Shown here: positions 36,520 to 46,666 of the stretch, in pieces
Position numbering within the stretch: the stretch's first letter is position 1
Layout: every line of letters starts with the position of its first letter
Source: an uncultured Candidatus Micrarchaeota archaeon
GTDB taxonomy: Archaea; Micrarchaeota; Micrarchaeia; Anstonellales; Bilamarchaeaceae
Direction: 5' to 3'
NCBI GenBank assembly: GCA_963800555.1
Contig: CAWDBH010000008.1
Location: 113,117 to 177,116 of the forward strand
Length of the DNA: 64,000 nt
The notes under the pieces: model-generated
The model's input: the letters and a program-made list of their open reading frames with translations, nothing else
Told to the model about the DNA's origin: nothing
Database searches by the model: none
Position numbers and translations under genes: made by a program

Positions 36520-37236
36520 ATGGCGATCCAGTTGCAGCTCCAATCGTTCAGCTACTTGGAGAGCATGGTGTCCAAACCGACGTGGAAGGATATACTGCTG
36601 GATCTCATGTCATCGCACAGCATCGATCCATGGAATATCGATCTCGTGGTGCTCGCCGACGCGTTCATAAAAAAGGTCCGCGAGATGGAGCGCATGGACT
36701 TCCTTGTCCAGGCCAATGTCATACTCGCGGCGTCCATCCTTCTCAAGTACAAGAGCGATTACCTGCGCATGCTCAGCTACCAATCCGACATGACCGAATT
36801 CGCTCCGGAGACGGATCTCCCTGGCATAGAAGAGGTCCCGGACCTCACGTTCTCCTCCCGCATCCCTCCGAAGCGCCAGATAACGTTCGACGAGCTCGTC
36901 TCGGAGATGGAGCGCATAATAAAATACGAGGGCCCGGAGCGGGTCCACATCCCCCGCGGTTCCATCGTGGAGACCTTCGACCTGGAGCTGGTCGAGCGGA
37001 ACATCGAGAAGGACATGGCGGACCTGATCCTGCGCCTGCGTGAAGGGACCGACAGCGAGGGCTGGGCGCTGTTCTCCAGGCTGACGACCGGTTGCGATGC
37101 CCGCGCGACCATCTATACGCTGTTATGCCTGCTCTACCTGGTGCAGGAAGGCAGCGCGGAGCTGAAGCAGGACAAGATGTTCGGGGAGATATTCATACAT
37201 CTCCAGGAGAAGAAAGAGAATCCGGTTACTAATTAA
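36520..37236 (+). CDS. scpA: Segregation and condensation protein A (kleisin)
   Basis: 'IDPWNIDLVVLADAFIKKV...MDFLVQANVILAASILLKYKSDYL'. C-terminal winged helix 'TIYTLLCLLYLVQEG'. Confidence 0.75.
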   Translation: MAIQLQLQSFSYLESMVSKPTWKDILLDLMSSHSIDPWNIDLVVLADAFIKKVREMERMDFLVQANVILAASILLKYKSDYLRMLSYQSDMTEFAPETDLPGIEEVPDLTFSSRIPPKRQITFDELVSEMERIIKYEGPERVHIPRGSIVETFDLELVERNIEKDMADLILRLREGTDSEGWALFSRLTTGCDARATIYTLLCLLYLVQEGSAELKQDKMFGEIFIHLQEKKENPVTN

Positions 37237-37259
37237 AATAAGATATAAAATAAAAAAAA

Positions 37260-37637
37260 TCAGGAAATGACTGTGCCAGCCTTCGGCTTCGGTTTCGATT
37301 TGACTATCTTGACGTTGGCCGGGGTCAGTATTAGCATGTCCTGCGATAAAAGTGCGATGTCGCCGTTGATTTTTCCCGTGTGCACCTTCAGCTTCGAAAG
37401 TATCGTCTTCAGCCTGTTGGGTTGCTTAGCAAGAGGGGTCACGTTCACTATGATGATGTTCTTCGTGCTCAGCTCCTTGACAGCCAAGTCTCCGTCGCCT
37501 TCGTTGCGCAGGTCGATCCTCTTGACATAAAAGTCTGCCGGGGGGCTAACTACGTCTCCTTCTGCCGACATCAGGTCTTCGAGGTCCGGTACATCCACTT
37601 GCTCGTTCTTGCCGAAAATCTTGTCAAAAAATCCCAT
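37260..37637 (-). CDS. sepF: Archaeal SepF-like cell-division protein (DUF552)
   Basis: N-terminal membrane-targeting 'MGFFDKIFGK'. Core 'YVKRIDLRNEGDGDLAVKELSTKNIIIVNVTPL...GDIALLSQDMLILTP'. Confidence 0.75.
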   Translation of the reverse strand: MGFFDKIFGKNEQVDVPDLEDLMSAEGDVVSPPADFYVKRIDLRNEGDGDLAVKELSTKNIIIVNVTPLAKQPNRLKTILSKLKVHTGKINGDIALLSQDMLILTPANVKIVKSKPKPKAGTVIS

Positions 37638-37731
37638 TAAACCACCAAATTGTGCATGGAAAGTATCCTATGCTATTGCTCTGTTGTTATAGCAATTATT
37701 TTATAAATCTGTGCCGATTCCACGCCGATTT

Positions 37732-39042
37732 TCAGACAGGCGTACGTAGGAACTGTTTCGCCTTCTCCATCGCGTTCTCCACGCATCTGTCCGAGTTATG
37801 GTACCTGAACTCGCCCCACCGTCCGAGCAGGGTGATCCCTTCTCCCGCCGCGAAGTCCTCTATGGTCTTGATGTTCTTCTGGTAATCCAGGTCATAGACG
37901 ACATAGGCATGCCTGCATGTGACAAGCTTCGTGAAAACGATATCCTTGCTCTCCAGGATCCCGATGCGTTGCAGAGCCTCGATAGTCCGCTCCGTGATAT
38001 CGGTCAGCTTCGCCTTGTCCCCATCCGGGCTGAAAGTCGTCTCAGCGAGAACAGAAGTGCATCCTTTGGGCGTCGTATGCGGACTCATGTTCGAAGGGAA
38101 GCTTATCCTGTTCGGCAACACGTCCTCGTCGGGGATGTACGCCCAGTGCAGGTCGTTGAGCTTCGCTTTCCCGAGGCCGATCATCACAAGATGGACCGAG
38201 TTCCATTTCAGGTTCTTGGCGGCTTCCCGCACCTCTTTCGGGGCATCTTCATAGGAGTCTATGAAATCCCGGATGTGCAGCGTGTTCACGAGATGGTCGT
38301 ATATGCGCTCCCCTTTATTCCCCCCGACGACCCATTTGCCGTCCTCTTTCCTTACCTTCGTGACCTCGAAGCCGGTGAGGAGCCGCCTTCTGTCTATGGT
38401 CGAGGCTATGCCGTCGGTCACGGCTTGTATGCCGCCATGGGCAGGGTAATGGAAATGCAGCTGATGCGTGTACCCTTCGCTCTCCAGGCCCATCGCCGCC
38501 TTTATCACGTCCTTGAGCGGAGGCTGCGGTATCCTGCCCTCCACCCAGAAGAGGTCCATCTTCTCAGGAGGGTAATCCCATATCTTCCTGTTGTAAGGGT
38601 AGAGATATTTCTCCGTGATCGACTTTCCGAAGCGATAGTGCATCCAAGCATGGAAATTTTTTGGCATTTCAAGTTCGCCGCTTTCCCTCTTCGCGTACGT
38701 CTCGGAATAATCGCTCAGGCATTCGAACGCCTCTTGCTTCGGGAGGTCGCCGAGCCCGTTCTCGAAAGGGTATTTCACCTTGATGCCCTTGTAGAAGATC
38801 GCGGTATTCCTGCGGTTCATTATCTGGTTCTCACCGAGAGCCCGGAGCATGAAAGCGACCGCGTCCTTGTTCTTAGAGAATATTATGTGCGAGCCCAGGT
38901 CGAACGTGTAGCCGTCCTGCTTGATGGAGCGCATGAGGCCGCCGGGAATGGCTTCTTTCTCCAAGACGTCGGCGTCCTTGATCAAGCTGGCGAATGTGAG
39001 CCCTGAGATGCCTCCTCCGAGTACGCCTATGTTCTTTTCCAT
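37732..39042 (-). CDS. FAD-dependent oxidoreductase (amine-oxidase / UDP-galactopyranose-mutase-like)
   Basis: Rossmann motif 'IGVLGGGISGLTFA'. 'YRFGKSITEKYLYPYNRKIW'. Confidence 0.65.
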   Translation of the reverse strand: MEKNIGVLGGGISGLTFASLIKDADVLEKEAIPGGLMRSIKQDGYTFDLGSHIIFSKNKDAVAFMLRALGENQIMNRRNTAIFYKGIKVKYPFENGLGDLPKQEAFECLSDYSETYAKRESGELEMPKNFHAWMHYRFGKSITEKYLYPYNRKIWDYPPEKMDLFWVEGRIPQPPLKDVIKAAMGLESEGYTHQLHFHYPAHGGIQAVTDGIASTIDRRRLLTGFEVTKVRKEDGKWVVGGNKGERIYDHLVNTLHIRDFIDSYEDAPKEVREAAKNLKWNSVHLVMIGLGKAKLNDLHWAYIPDEDVLPNRISFPSNMSPHTTPKGCTSVLAETTFSPDGDKAKLTDITERTIEALQRIGILESKDIVFTKLVTCRHAYVVYDLDYQKNIKTIEDFAAGEGITLLGRWGEFRYHNSDRCVENAMEKAKQFLRTPV

Positions 39043-39199
39043 GATAGCACTCTTGTAGCTTTCCTGCTTTTCATTATATTAGTGAACGTTTCGTCATATT
39101 CAGCATCTACTCCCTTTTTTAAAGTTTCAGGTAATTTATTTCCTGGCTTTACAATCAAAACCAGTATTCCAAAACAGAAAAAACAAAGGTGAAAAACAA

Positions 39200-41203
39200 A
39201 TGATTGACGCAGTGATATTGGCGCTTGGCGCCGGCATCTTCGCCCTGCTCTACGCAGCGTACCTCGCATATCGCGTGGTGAGCGCTCCGGCAGGCAGCGA
39301 GAAGATGCGCGAGATCGCCAAAGCTATACAGGAGGGCGCGAACGCCTTCCTTCTCAGGCAGTACAAGACGCTCGCACCCATCGTAGTGGTGCTGGCGATC
39401 CTCATAGCATTAGGGCTCCAAGGGCAGCTCGGGATACAGACATCCCTCGCATTCCTCGCAGGGGTCATATCATCGGCCCTCGCAGGCTACATCGGCATGC
39501 AGGTCTCGATCCGCGCCAATGTGCGCGTGGCCGAAGCAGCCAAATCCGGCATGAGGAAGGCGCTCGGGATGGCGTTCAACGGTGGAGCCGTCACTGGCAT
39601 GGCTCTGGCCGGCCTCGGTCTGATAGGCCTCTCATGCTTATACATGTATTTCGGCAGCCTAGCCCCCATAATCGGTTTCGGCTTCGGCGCATCGCTGATA
39701 TCGCTTTTCGCACGTGTCGGAGGCGGAATCTACACCAAGGCTGCTGATGTTGGCGCTGATCTGGTCGGGAAAGTCGAGAAAGGCATCCCAGAGGACGACC
39801 CGAGGAACCCCGCCGTCATAGCAGATAACGTCGGCGACAACGTCGGCGACTGCGCAGGCATGGCCGCGGACGTCTTCGAATCCCTCGTAGTGACGGTTAT
39901 CGCGGCGATGCTCATCGGATTCACGTTCGCAGGGAATACCATGCTCCAGATACCGCTCGGCATAGCGGCTCTCGGTGTGGTGGCCAGCGTGCTCGGCTCG
40001 CTCTTCGTGAACCTGGGCAGCGGAGACAAGATAATGCCCCGCTTCTACCAGGGGCTTCTCGCAGGAGCGCTGCTCATGCTCGTGTTCTCGTATTTCTATC
40101 TGACCAATCTCGGAACGCTTACGATAGCCCCGATGGCGCTGTTCGGCGCGATCATGATGGGCATAGTCGTTACGATGGCAATGTTCATGATAACCGAATA
40201 CTACACGTCGACAGAATACAAGCCCGTGCAGAACACGGCCAAAGCCGCATCCACCGGAGCCGGCACGAACATAATAACCGGCCTCGCTATAGGTATGGAA
40301 TCCACGGCGCTCCCTGTCGTAGTGATATTGGCCGCGATAATAATATCGTTCAAGCTGGCCGGGCTCTACGGGGTCGGCCTCTCTGCGGCCGCGATGCTCT
40401 CGCTCAGCGCGATAGTGATCGCGATCGACGCCTACGGCCCGATAACGGATAATGCGGGCGGCATAGCCGAGATGGCCGGGCTCCCGGACAAGGTCAGGAA
40501 AGTAACGGACGCTCTCGACGCTGTCGGCAATACGACCAAGGCGACCACGAAGGGGTTCGCTGTGAGCGGAGCCGCGCTCGGCGCGCTCGCGCTTTTCGTG
40601 GCGTACGCGGAGGCAGCCCATTTGACGGACATAAACCTGCTCAACACCCCGGTGGTCATCGGCCTCTTCATAGGCGCGCTACTGCCATTCGTCTTCTCCA
40701 GCCTCTTGATGACGGCTGTGGGGAGAGCGGCATTCCAGATCGTGGAAGAGGTCCGCAGGCAATTCCGCGAGATCAAAGGCCTCATGGAAGGCACAGGCCG
40801 CGCTGACTACGCCAAATGCGTGGACATCGCAGCCGCGACCGCGCTCAAGGAGCTCGCGCTGCCCGGAGTTATCGCCGTGGCCACGCCGCTCCTGGTGGGA
40901 TATCTCTTCGGCGCAGCCGCTCTAGGAGGGCTTCTCGCGGGAGTGATCGCCAGCGGGCTGATGCTCGCGCTGACCATGTGCACCGCTGGCGCAGCCTGGG
41001 ACAATGCCAAGAAATACATAGAGCAGGGCAACCTGGGCGGCAAGGGCAGCGAGACCCACAAGGCGGCCGTGGTGGGAGATACCGTCGGCGATCCGCTCAA
41101 AGATACCGCGGGTCCGGCTCTCAACGCGCTGATAAAGGTCGTGAACACAGTATCGCTCGTGTTCGCGGGCTTCATCATCGCGAAAAGCCTGAACCTGATC
41201 TGA
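39200..41203 (+). CDS. hppA: Membrane-bound ion-translocating pyrophosphatase
   Basis: 'GGIYTKAADVGADLVGKVEKGIPEDDPRNPAVIADNVGDNVGDCAGMAADVFES', 'GDTVGDPLKDTAGPALN'. SD 'AGGTGA' upstream. Confidence 0.9.
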   Translation: MIDAVILALGAGIFALLYAAYLAYRVVSAPAGSEKMREIAKAIQEGANAFLLRQYKTLAPIVVVLAILIALGLQGQLGIQTSLAFLAGVISSALAGYIGMQVSIRANVRVAEAAKSGMRKALGMAFNGGAVTGMALAGLGLIGLSCLYMYFGSLAPIIGFGFGASLISLFARVGGGIYTKAADVGADLVGKVEKGIPEDDPRNPAVIADNVGDNVGDCAGMAADVFESLVVTVIAAMLIGFTFAGNTMLQIPLGIAALGVVASVLGSLFVNLGSGDKIMPRFYQGLLAGALLMLVFSYFYLTNLGTLTIAPMALFGAIMMGIVVTMAMFMITEYYTSTEYKPVQNTAKAASTGAGTNIITGLAIGMESTALPVVVILAAIIISFKLAGLYGVGLSAAAMLSLSAIVIAIDAYGPITDNAGGIAEMAGLPDKVRKVTDALDAVGNTTKATTKGFAVSGAALGALALFVAYAEAAHLTDINLLNTPVVIGLFIGALLPFVFSSLLMTAVGRAAFQIVEEVRRQFREIKGLMEGTGRADYAKCVDIAAATALKELALPGVIAVATPLLVGYLFGAAALGGLLAGVIASGLMLALTMCTAGAAWDNAKKYIEQGNLGGKGSETHKAAVVGDTVGDPLKDTAGPALNALIKVVNTVSLVFAGFIIAKSLNLI

Positions 41204-41230
41204 TTTTTTCTTTTTTATTTTCTATTTTTC
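41204..41230 (+). terminator. T-rich terminator tract after hppA
   Basis: 'TTTTTTCTTTTTTATTTTCTATTTTTC' immediately after the TGA stop. Confidence 0.4.
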
Positions 41231-41240
41231 TGGTGAAAAA

Positions 41241-41765
41241 ATGACAGAATCTCCGGATGTGATCTGGGCTAAACCTGATGATGACGAAGGGAAGCCTGGG
41301 GAGTTCAAGCACAGACCTTCCCCCGCCGCGATATTCTTCTTCGAGTTCCTCAAGTCCAAAGGCATAAAGTCGGGGTCGCTGCTCGATATCGGATGCGGCA
41401 ATGGCCGCGACTCGGTCTTCTTCTCCAAAAACGGCTTCGAAGTGCACGCGCTCGATATCCACTCGGTGGAAGGGCTGGAGCGTTACGGGGTGAAGGCGCA
41501 TTGCGCGAGCGCGATGGAGTTCTGGCTTTTCGAGAATCATTCCTTCAAATTAATAATGGACGTCCTTTGCTATTGCGAAGAGCCTGACCCGGACAAGCGG
41601 GCGTTCTATCGGAGCGAGCTCTCAAGGGTGCTCAACACGGGCGGATTTTTCCTGATCTCGGTCCCTGCGTCATACAGGAAGGTCGCAGAGGAGTTCGTCG
41701 GGTTCGAGATCGTCGCATCATCCGAAGACGCGGACACCCTGGCGTTCATACTATCCAAGAGATAA
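41241..41765 (+). CDS. Class I SAM-dependent methyltransferase
   Basis: Motif I 'LLDIGCGNGRDSVFF', then 'FEVHALDI' and 'FKLIMDV'. Confidence 0.7.
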   Translation: MTESPDVIWAKPDDDEGKPGEFKHRPSPAAIFFFEFLKSKGIKSGSLLDIGCGNGRDSVFFSKNGFEVHALDIHSVEGLERYGVKAHCASAMEFWLFENHSFKLIMDVLCYCEEPDPDKRAFYRSELSRVLNTGGFFLISVPASYRKVAEEFVGFEIVASSEDADTLAFILSKR

Positions 41766-41766
41766 A

Positions 41767-44496
41767 CTACTTCCTCTCCCCGTAAGCCTCCACGAACTTG
41801 CGGTATTCATCGAGCAGGTCCGGGGTTATCGAGGGCCTCCTGGTCTTTATTACGTCCAGCAGGCTCTGGGTCGTTATGGTCGTCGCATTCCCGGCAAGCT
41901 TCGAGCGCAGGGCGTCCATCTTGGCCGACTGGCAGACCGATGCTATGTCCGCACCGCTGAATCCCGCAGTGGCGCTCGCGAGCATGTCCGTGTTCACCCC
42001 CTGCGCGAAATTGCCCAGATAGAGCGTGAACATGTCGCTCCTGCCTTTGGTGTCCGGCGGAGGGACGTAGAATATCTTGTCGAAACGGCCAGGCCTCATT
42101 ATCGCAGGGTCCATGAGGAACGGCTTGTTCGTGGCTCCGATGACGACCACCCCGCCCTGGCCCTTGATGCCGTCCATCTCTGTCAGGAACTGGCCGAGCA
42201 CCTCGGAGGATCCGCCCATGCCGCGGGCCGGCGCGAAAGTCTCTATCTCATCCACGAATATTATGCCGGGTGGGTTCTCCCTCGCCCTGTTGAACGTCTC
42301 CTTTATGACTCCGGTGGCCTGCACGTATCCTTTCTTCATGAGCTCCGCGCCGCTTATCGTCTGGAACGATGCGTGCAGCTCGTTGGCCGCAGCCTTGACG
42401 ATGAGCGTCTTTCCAGTTCCCGGAGGCCCGAAAAGCAGGAGCCCCTTGCTCGGCTTCACCTTGAACTCCTTCATCTCGGCCTCATGCAGAAGAGGGAGTT
42501 CTATGGCCTCGAGGAGGGATCGCTTGACCAGGTCCATCCCCACGACGTCGGACCATCTCGTCAACGCTTCCCTGGTTTTATCCTCTTCGGGTTTCTTGCC
42601 CCCGGTTCTGCGCTCGAAATCCATCCTGAACTGCTCGTACATGTCCATCTGGGCGAGGCCCGTGCTGGGCTTCACGCCCGCGATGACGTTCATGAAATGC
42701 GACATGTTTGTAGGAATGATCTTGTTTTGCGCTAAGGCTTCCCTCGCCGTCATGTTCTTCGCTTCCTCGACGATGTTCTTTATGTCCGCGCCCGAGAAGC
42801 GGTCCGTCTTGCGGACGAGCTCGTCCACGTTCACATCTGGCGCGATCTGCATCTTCCTCATCGCGACCTTGAATATCCCTCTCCTCGCCTCCGGGTCCGG
42901 AAGGTGCATGTAGATTATCTTATCCAGCCTGCCCGGCCTCAGGATCGCTGGATCCAGCTCGTTCGGGAGGTTCGTCGCTCCGATGACGATTACAGGCTTA
43001 TCCGATTTGGCTCCGCCATCCATCTCCTGGAGCATCGTGGTCAATACCCTAGGTCCCACCGAGTCCAATCCTTCGCCCATGGTCGTCCTCTTCTTGGCGA
43101 CGGAATCTATCTCATCGAAGAACAGCACGGTCGGGGCGTTCTTGCGCGCGTTGTCGAACACCTCTTTCACATTCTTTTCTGATTCGCCATACCATTGAGA
43201 GAGTATCTGCGAGCATCTCACTTCCACGAAGTTGTAGCCGAGTTCTTTTGCGAGCGCCCTCATCAGCATGGTCTTTCCCGTACCTGGCGGGCCGAAGAGC
43301 AGTATTCCTTTCGGAGCCGTGAGACCGTACGCGAAGGCGATGTCCTTCTTCTGCAATGGCATCATTATCGCATCGCGCAGCTCCTGCTTGACGTCGTCAT
43401 AGCCGCCGACGTCGTCCATGCCTTTCTCCGAGCCGCCTGCGGACATGTCGGTCATGCCGAACTTGCCGTACGATTTCATCTTCTCCTTGCGGTTTATCTC
43501 GGATTCACGGCTTATGCTGATGCCGAAATTTTCGAGCCCCCCGAGCACCGCTATCGTGAGCACGACGCCTCCTATGAATTCTATCTTGAAGCCGGTCCCG
43601 TATATCGCTCCGATAAGGACATAAGCCGGTATCAGCAGGAGCATGGCCAACGACGATGTGAGCTGCGGCCTTTTCTTGAAGACAGTTGGGAGGAAACCGA
43701 TGAGGAAGAGCACGATGCCCCACGAAGCCATCTGCAGTATCAGGGAGTCTCCGGTGGCCATGTACATCGCATTGCCAGCTATCCACGCGATTGAATCCCA
43801 CATCCTGGACATATTGCTTAAATCGAAGAAGTTCCCGATGGCGGTGCCGAGCTGCGAGCCGATGTCGCCGATGTCCACGGAGCCTTTCGTGAACTGGAGC
43901 TCGGCTTTCCCGGGTTGATAGAGCGTCATCTTCAGGGGCATGTACGCCGTGTTATCCACAAGCCAGATGGAAGACAGCAGCAGGATCATGAACACGGAGA
44001 CCAATGAGATTGTGATGCTCTTTTTCGAGCCGAAATGCAGCGCTCCAATCCCCATCCCGACCATGCTCAGCCATCCTGCGAACGGGAGCCTACCGAAAGC
44101 GAACGGGGCGAGTATGAATACCTCTAGGGCTGCGATGAGCAGCCAGTCATCGAATACCGTCATCTGGATTATGACAAGCAGGATGAGATAGAACCAGCCG
44201 AAGACAGCGGACTGATACATGACAGCCGGTATTCCGAACACCGCTCCGATGATGATTCCCACGGAAGGATTTTTGTACGCGATCGCGCCTGCGACCAACG
44301 CCAGGGCGAACACTATGTAGATTGGATAAAATGGAATAGCCGAGAGCAGGAGCAGGGTGGATATGAATACGATGACCGCGCTCCAGAGGCCCTCGTTCTT
44401 CTGGGCCATCGCCACATACGCGCCGACCTTCTGCGCGGCCATGGATTTCTGCATGTCCTTCAAGCCCTGCATCTCCGCCATGGGATGCTCTATCAT
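41767..44496 (-). CDS. Membrane-anchored Cdc48/VCP-like double-AAA ATPase
   Basis: About 330-aa N-terminal region with 8 or more TM helices. D1: 'ILLFGPPGTGKTM', 'VLFFDEIDSV', 'ATNLPNELDPAILRPGRLD'. D2: 'LLLFGPPGTGKTL', 'IIFVDEIETF', 'RPGRFD'. Confidence 0.8.
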   Translation of the reverse strand: MIEHPMAEMQGLKDMQKSMAAQKVGAYVAMAQKNEGLWSAVIVFISTLLLLSAIPFYPIYIVFALALVAGAIAYKNPSVGIIIGAVFGIPAVMYQSAVFGWFYLILLVIIQMTVFDDWLLIAALEVFILAPFAFGRLPFAGWLSMVGMGIGALHFGSKKSITISLVSVFMILLLSSIWLVDNTAYMPLKMTLYQPGKAELQFTKGSVDIGDIGSQLGTAIGNFFDLSNMSRMWDSIAWIAGNAMYMATGDSLILQMASWGIVLFLIGFLPTVFKKRPQLTSSLAMLLLIPAYVLIGAIYGTGFKIEFIGGVVLTIAVLGGLENFGISISRESEINRKEKMKSYGKFGMTDMSAGGSEKGMDDVGGYDDVKQELRDAIMMPLQKKDIAFAYGLTAPKGILLFGPPGTGKTMLMRALAKELGYNFVEVRCSQILSQWYGESEKNVKEVFDNARKNAPTVLFFDEIDSVAKKRTTMGEGLDSVGPRVLTTMLQEMDGGAKSDKPVIVIGATNLPNELDPAILRPGRLDKIIYMHLPDPEARRGIFKVAMRKMQIAPDVNVDELVRKTDRFSGADIKNIVEEAKNMTAREALAQNKIIPTNMSHFMNVIAGVKPSTGLAQMDMYEQFRMDFERRTGGKKPEEDKTREALTRWSDVVGMDLVKRSLLEAIELPLLHEAEMKEFKVKPSKGLLLFGPPGTGKTLIVKAAANELHASFQTISGAELMKKGYVQATGVIKETFNRARENPPGIIFVDEIETFAPARGMGGSSEVLGQFLTEMDGIKGQGGVVVIGATNKPFLMDPAIMRPGRFDKIFYVPPPDTKGRSDMFTLYLGNFAQGVNTDMLASATAGFSGADIASVCQSAKMDALRSKLAGNATTITTQSLLDVIKTRRPSITPDLLDEYRKFVEAYGERK

Positions 44497-44520
44497 AATA
44501 TGATTATTAACCTGTCGCGG

Positions 44521-44967
44521 CTATTCGACATAGTCGTCTAAGGGGTTTCCGGAATGGGATCTGTACTGCCCGAGTAGTTTCTTCATGTCGGTGGATGCGC
44601 TCGCTACATCATCATGGCCTTTGCTCTTGGCGACTACAGTCACCTCACGCAAGAGGGTTTCCAGCATGCCGACTAGCTTATCTCGATTGAACATCGATTT
44701 CGCCACCATGCTGTCGAGCGATCTTACAGCAGCGATGACATCTGCTTTACCTGCGCGTTCGCTTGGGGCAGCATATGCACGCAAGGCGCTACACGCTGAT
44801 GTCACAATCAGATGCTCTGCTATGATGTCCGCATGGTCCCTATGTCGAAGTGCGGATAATTCATCTACGAGAAGAAGCGGGGATTTGGCTGGTCCTTTCA
44901 AAGGCCCTTTTTCTAAGTTACTGGCTTTGAGCGGTTGCGCCAACTTCCGGTCACCTGAAAATTCCAC
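44521..44967 (-). CDS. Hypothetical protein (148 aa), co-directional and 24 nt upstream of the membrane Cdc48 gene
   Basis: ORF with a GTG start and helical, protein-like composition. No recognised domain. Confidence 0.4.
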   Translation of the reverse strand: MEFSGDRKLAQPLKASNLEKGPLKGPAKSPLLLVDELSALRHRDHADIIAEHLIVTSACSALRAYAAPSERAGKADVIAAVRSLDSMVAKSMFNRDKLVGMLETLLREVTVVAKSKGHDDVASASTDMKKLLGQYRSHSGNPLDDYVE

Positions 44968-45114
44968 GCAGGGAAAATATATAAATGGGAGGCGGGTTTC
45001 GCGTTGCCAGTGGGATTTCGAGATGATTCATAGGCCGATTGCACCCTTTTAATTGGTTTTGGTGCAAATCGGTAGTTGTACATAGAAAACTGTGGTTTAT
45101 AGAGGTGGGATTGA
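44968..45114. promoter_or_regulatory. Divergent intergenic/promoter region between the two AAA loci
   Basis: TATA-like 'AAAATATATAAATG' (44974-44987). SD 'GAGGTGGG' (45102-45109) lies 5 nt before ATG 45115. Confidence 0.3.
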
Positions 45115-46662
45115 ATGATGGGCAAGTCTTTTACCAAAAGCAGCAGTCTAATGATAAGCGGGGAAAAAATCAGGGGCACCAATATATTCGTTCCGCAACG
45201 GCTGGAAAAGACCCGCGAGCTTCTTGTCGAGGGCATAACCGGGTACAAGAACCTCGGGCCGTATGGTTCGTTCGGAGTCCTGTTGAAAGGGATCGCGGGC
45301 ACCGGTAAAAGCATGTTCACAAGGTATATCGCGGATGAAAGCCAGACCGGAGCGCTTCTATTCCGCGCGCCGATGCTGACCGATCCGGAAGAGGTGAGGC
45401 AGCTATACGAATCCGCGAGGGCTGGTGCGAAAGACCATCCGGTGGTCATTCTCCTGGATGATTTCGATTATGTCGGAAAGCGCAGCGAATCCACCAATCC
45501 CGCGTTCAGGCCCATCCTGGCGCAGACCCTCGCCGAGATGGACGCTCCGGGCAAGAACCTCGGCGTCTTCACGTTCATAACCTCGAACCTGCCGGACATG
45601 CTTGATGAGGCTCTGCGCAGGCCGCCGAGGGTAACTTTCGAGATAGAATTCCTCCCCCCGACGCGCAGCGAGAGGGAAAAGATGCTCAAAGCTATACTCT
45701 CAGATCAGAGCATCCGGTCGAAATGGGAAGATGGCACGATTGCGTATGCGGCGAGCATCACGTTCGGTTATACCCCGGGCGACCTTCTCGGCGTGGTGCA
45801 GAACGCGATGATCCAGGCCAGGGTCGTGAAATCCGAGAAAGTCACCAACGTCCATGTCGATGCTGCGAAAAGCATGCAGAAACCTTCGGCGATACGCGAC
45901 ATGCCGTTCATAGAGCCCAAAGACAAGCTCGACAGCCTCGCCGGCGGATATATCTCAGCTCAGAAAGAGATGCTCGCGAAGCTTGGGGTGCGGATGGATA
46001 ACGGCGTCCTCGCGATAATCTACGGACCTTCAGGATGCGGCAAGACCGCTCTCGCGAAAGCGGTGGCCGCCGAGTTCGGTTGCAACTGCCTCTACTTCAA
46101 CCCTTCGCATATAATCGACAAATTCGTCGGGGAATCCGGCAAGGCGCTCGCTCGAGCGTTCAGCAGGGCGAGGGCGCTCAGCCCGTGCATATTGATACTC
46201 GACCAGGCCGAGGGCATACTCAATCCCGATAACCAGTATTCGAAGGACTGGACATCGGTGCTGAAATCCGAGCTCTCGGTTCCCATGCCCGGGGTCTTCG
46301 TCATGATGACCGGGACCGATCCATCGAACTGGGGGGACGAGGTGCTCACGCGTTTCCACAAGATACACGTGCCGAGGCCGGATGCCAAGTCCCAGGTTGA
46401 GATACTAAGGGCTCTCATACCAGCGGACGATCGAAAAAACGTGGATGTCGAAAGCGTCATGCGTTCAAGCCAAGGCAAGCTCACGCCCAGGGAGATAAGC
46501 ACCGCGTTGACCAGCATCCGGGATTTCGGGAGTGCTATCACCACCGATACCCTCCAGAAGGTATTGAGCGTCCAAGGCGGAGAGATCAATGAAGCCAATG
46601 AAAAACAGGTCGCTGAACGCGTCGGAGATGCCACCAAGACGTTCAGGGCCTTGATAGGGTGA
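45115..46662 (+). CDS. Tandem AAA+ protein with non-canonical Walker B motifs in both modules
   Basis: D1: Walker A 'GIAGTGKS' (45289-45312), Walker B 'VVILLDDFD' (45442-45468). D2: Walker A 'GPSGCGKT' (46024-46047), Walker B 'CILILDQAE' (46186-46212). No Cdc48-type N domain. Confidence 0.75.
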   Translation: MMGKSFTKSSSLMISGEKIRGTNIFVPQRLEKTRELLVEGITGYKNLGPYGSFGVLLKGIAGTGKSMFTRYIADESQTGALLFRAPMLTDPEEVRQLYESARAGAKDHPVVILLDDFDYVGKRSESTNPAFRPILAQTLAEMDAPGKNLGVFTFITSNLPDMLDEALRRPPRVTFEIEFLPPTRSEREKMLKAILSDQSIRSKWEDGTIAYAASITFGYTPGDLLGVVQNAMIQARVVKSEKVTNVHVDAAKSMQKPSAIRDMPFIEPKDKLDSLAGGYISAQKEMLAKLGVRMDNGVLAIIYGPSGCGKTALAKAVAAEFGCNCLYFNPSHIIDKFVGESGKALARAFSRARALSPCILILDQAEGILNPDNQYSKDWTSVLKSELSVPMPGVFVMMTGTDPSNWGDEVLTRFHKIHVPRPDAKSQVEILRALIPADDRKNVDVESVMRSSQGKLTPREISTALTSIRDFGSAITTDTLQKVLSVQGGEINEANEKQVAERVGDATKTFRALIG

Positions 46663-46666
46663 TCGC

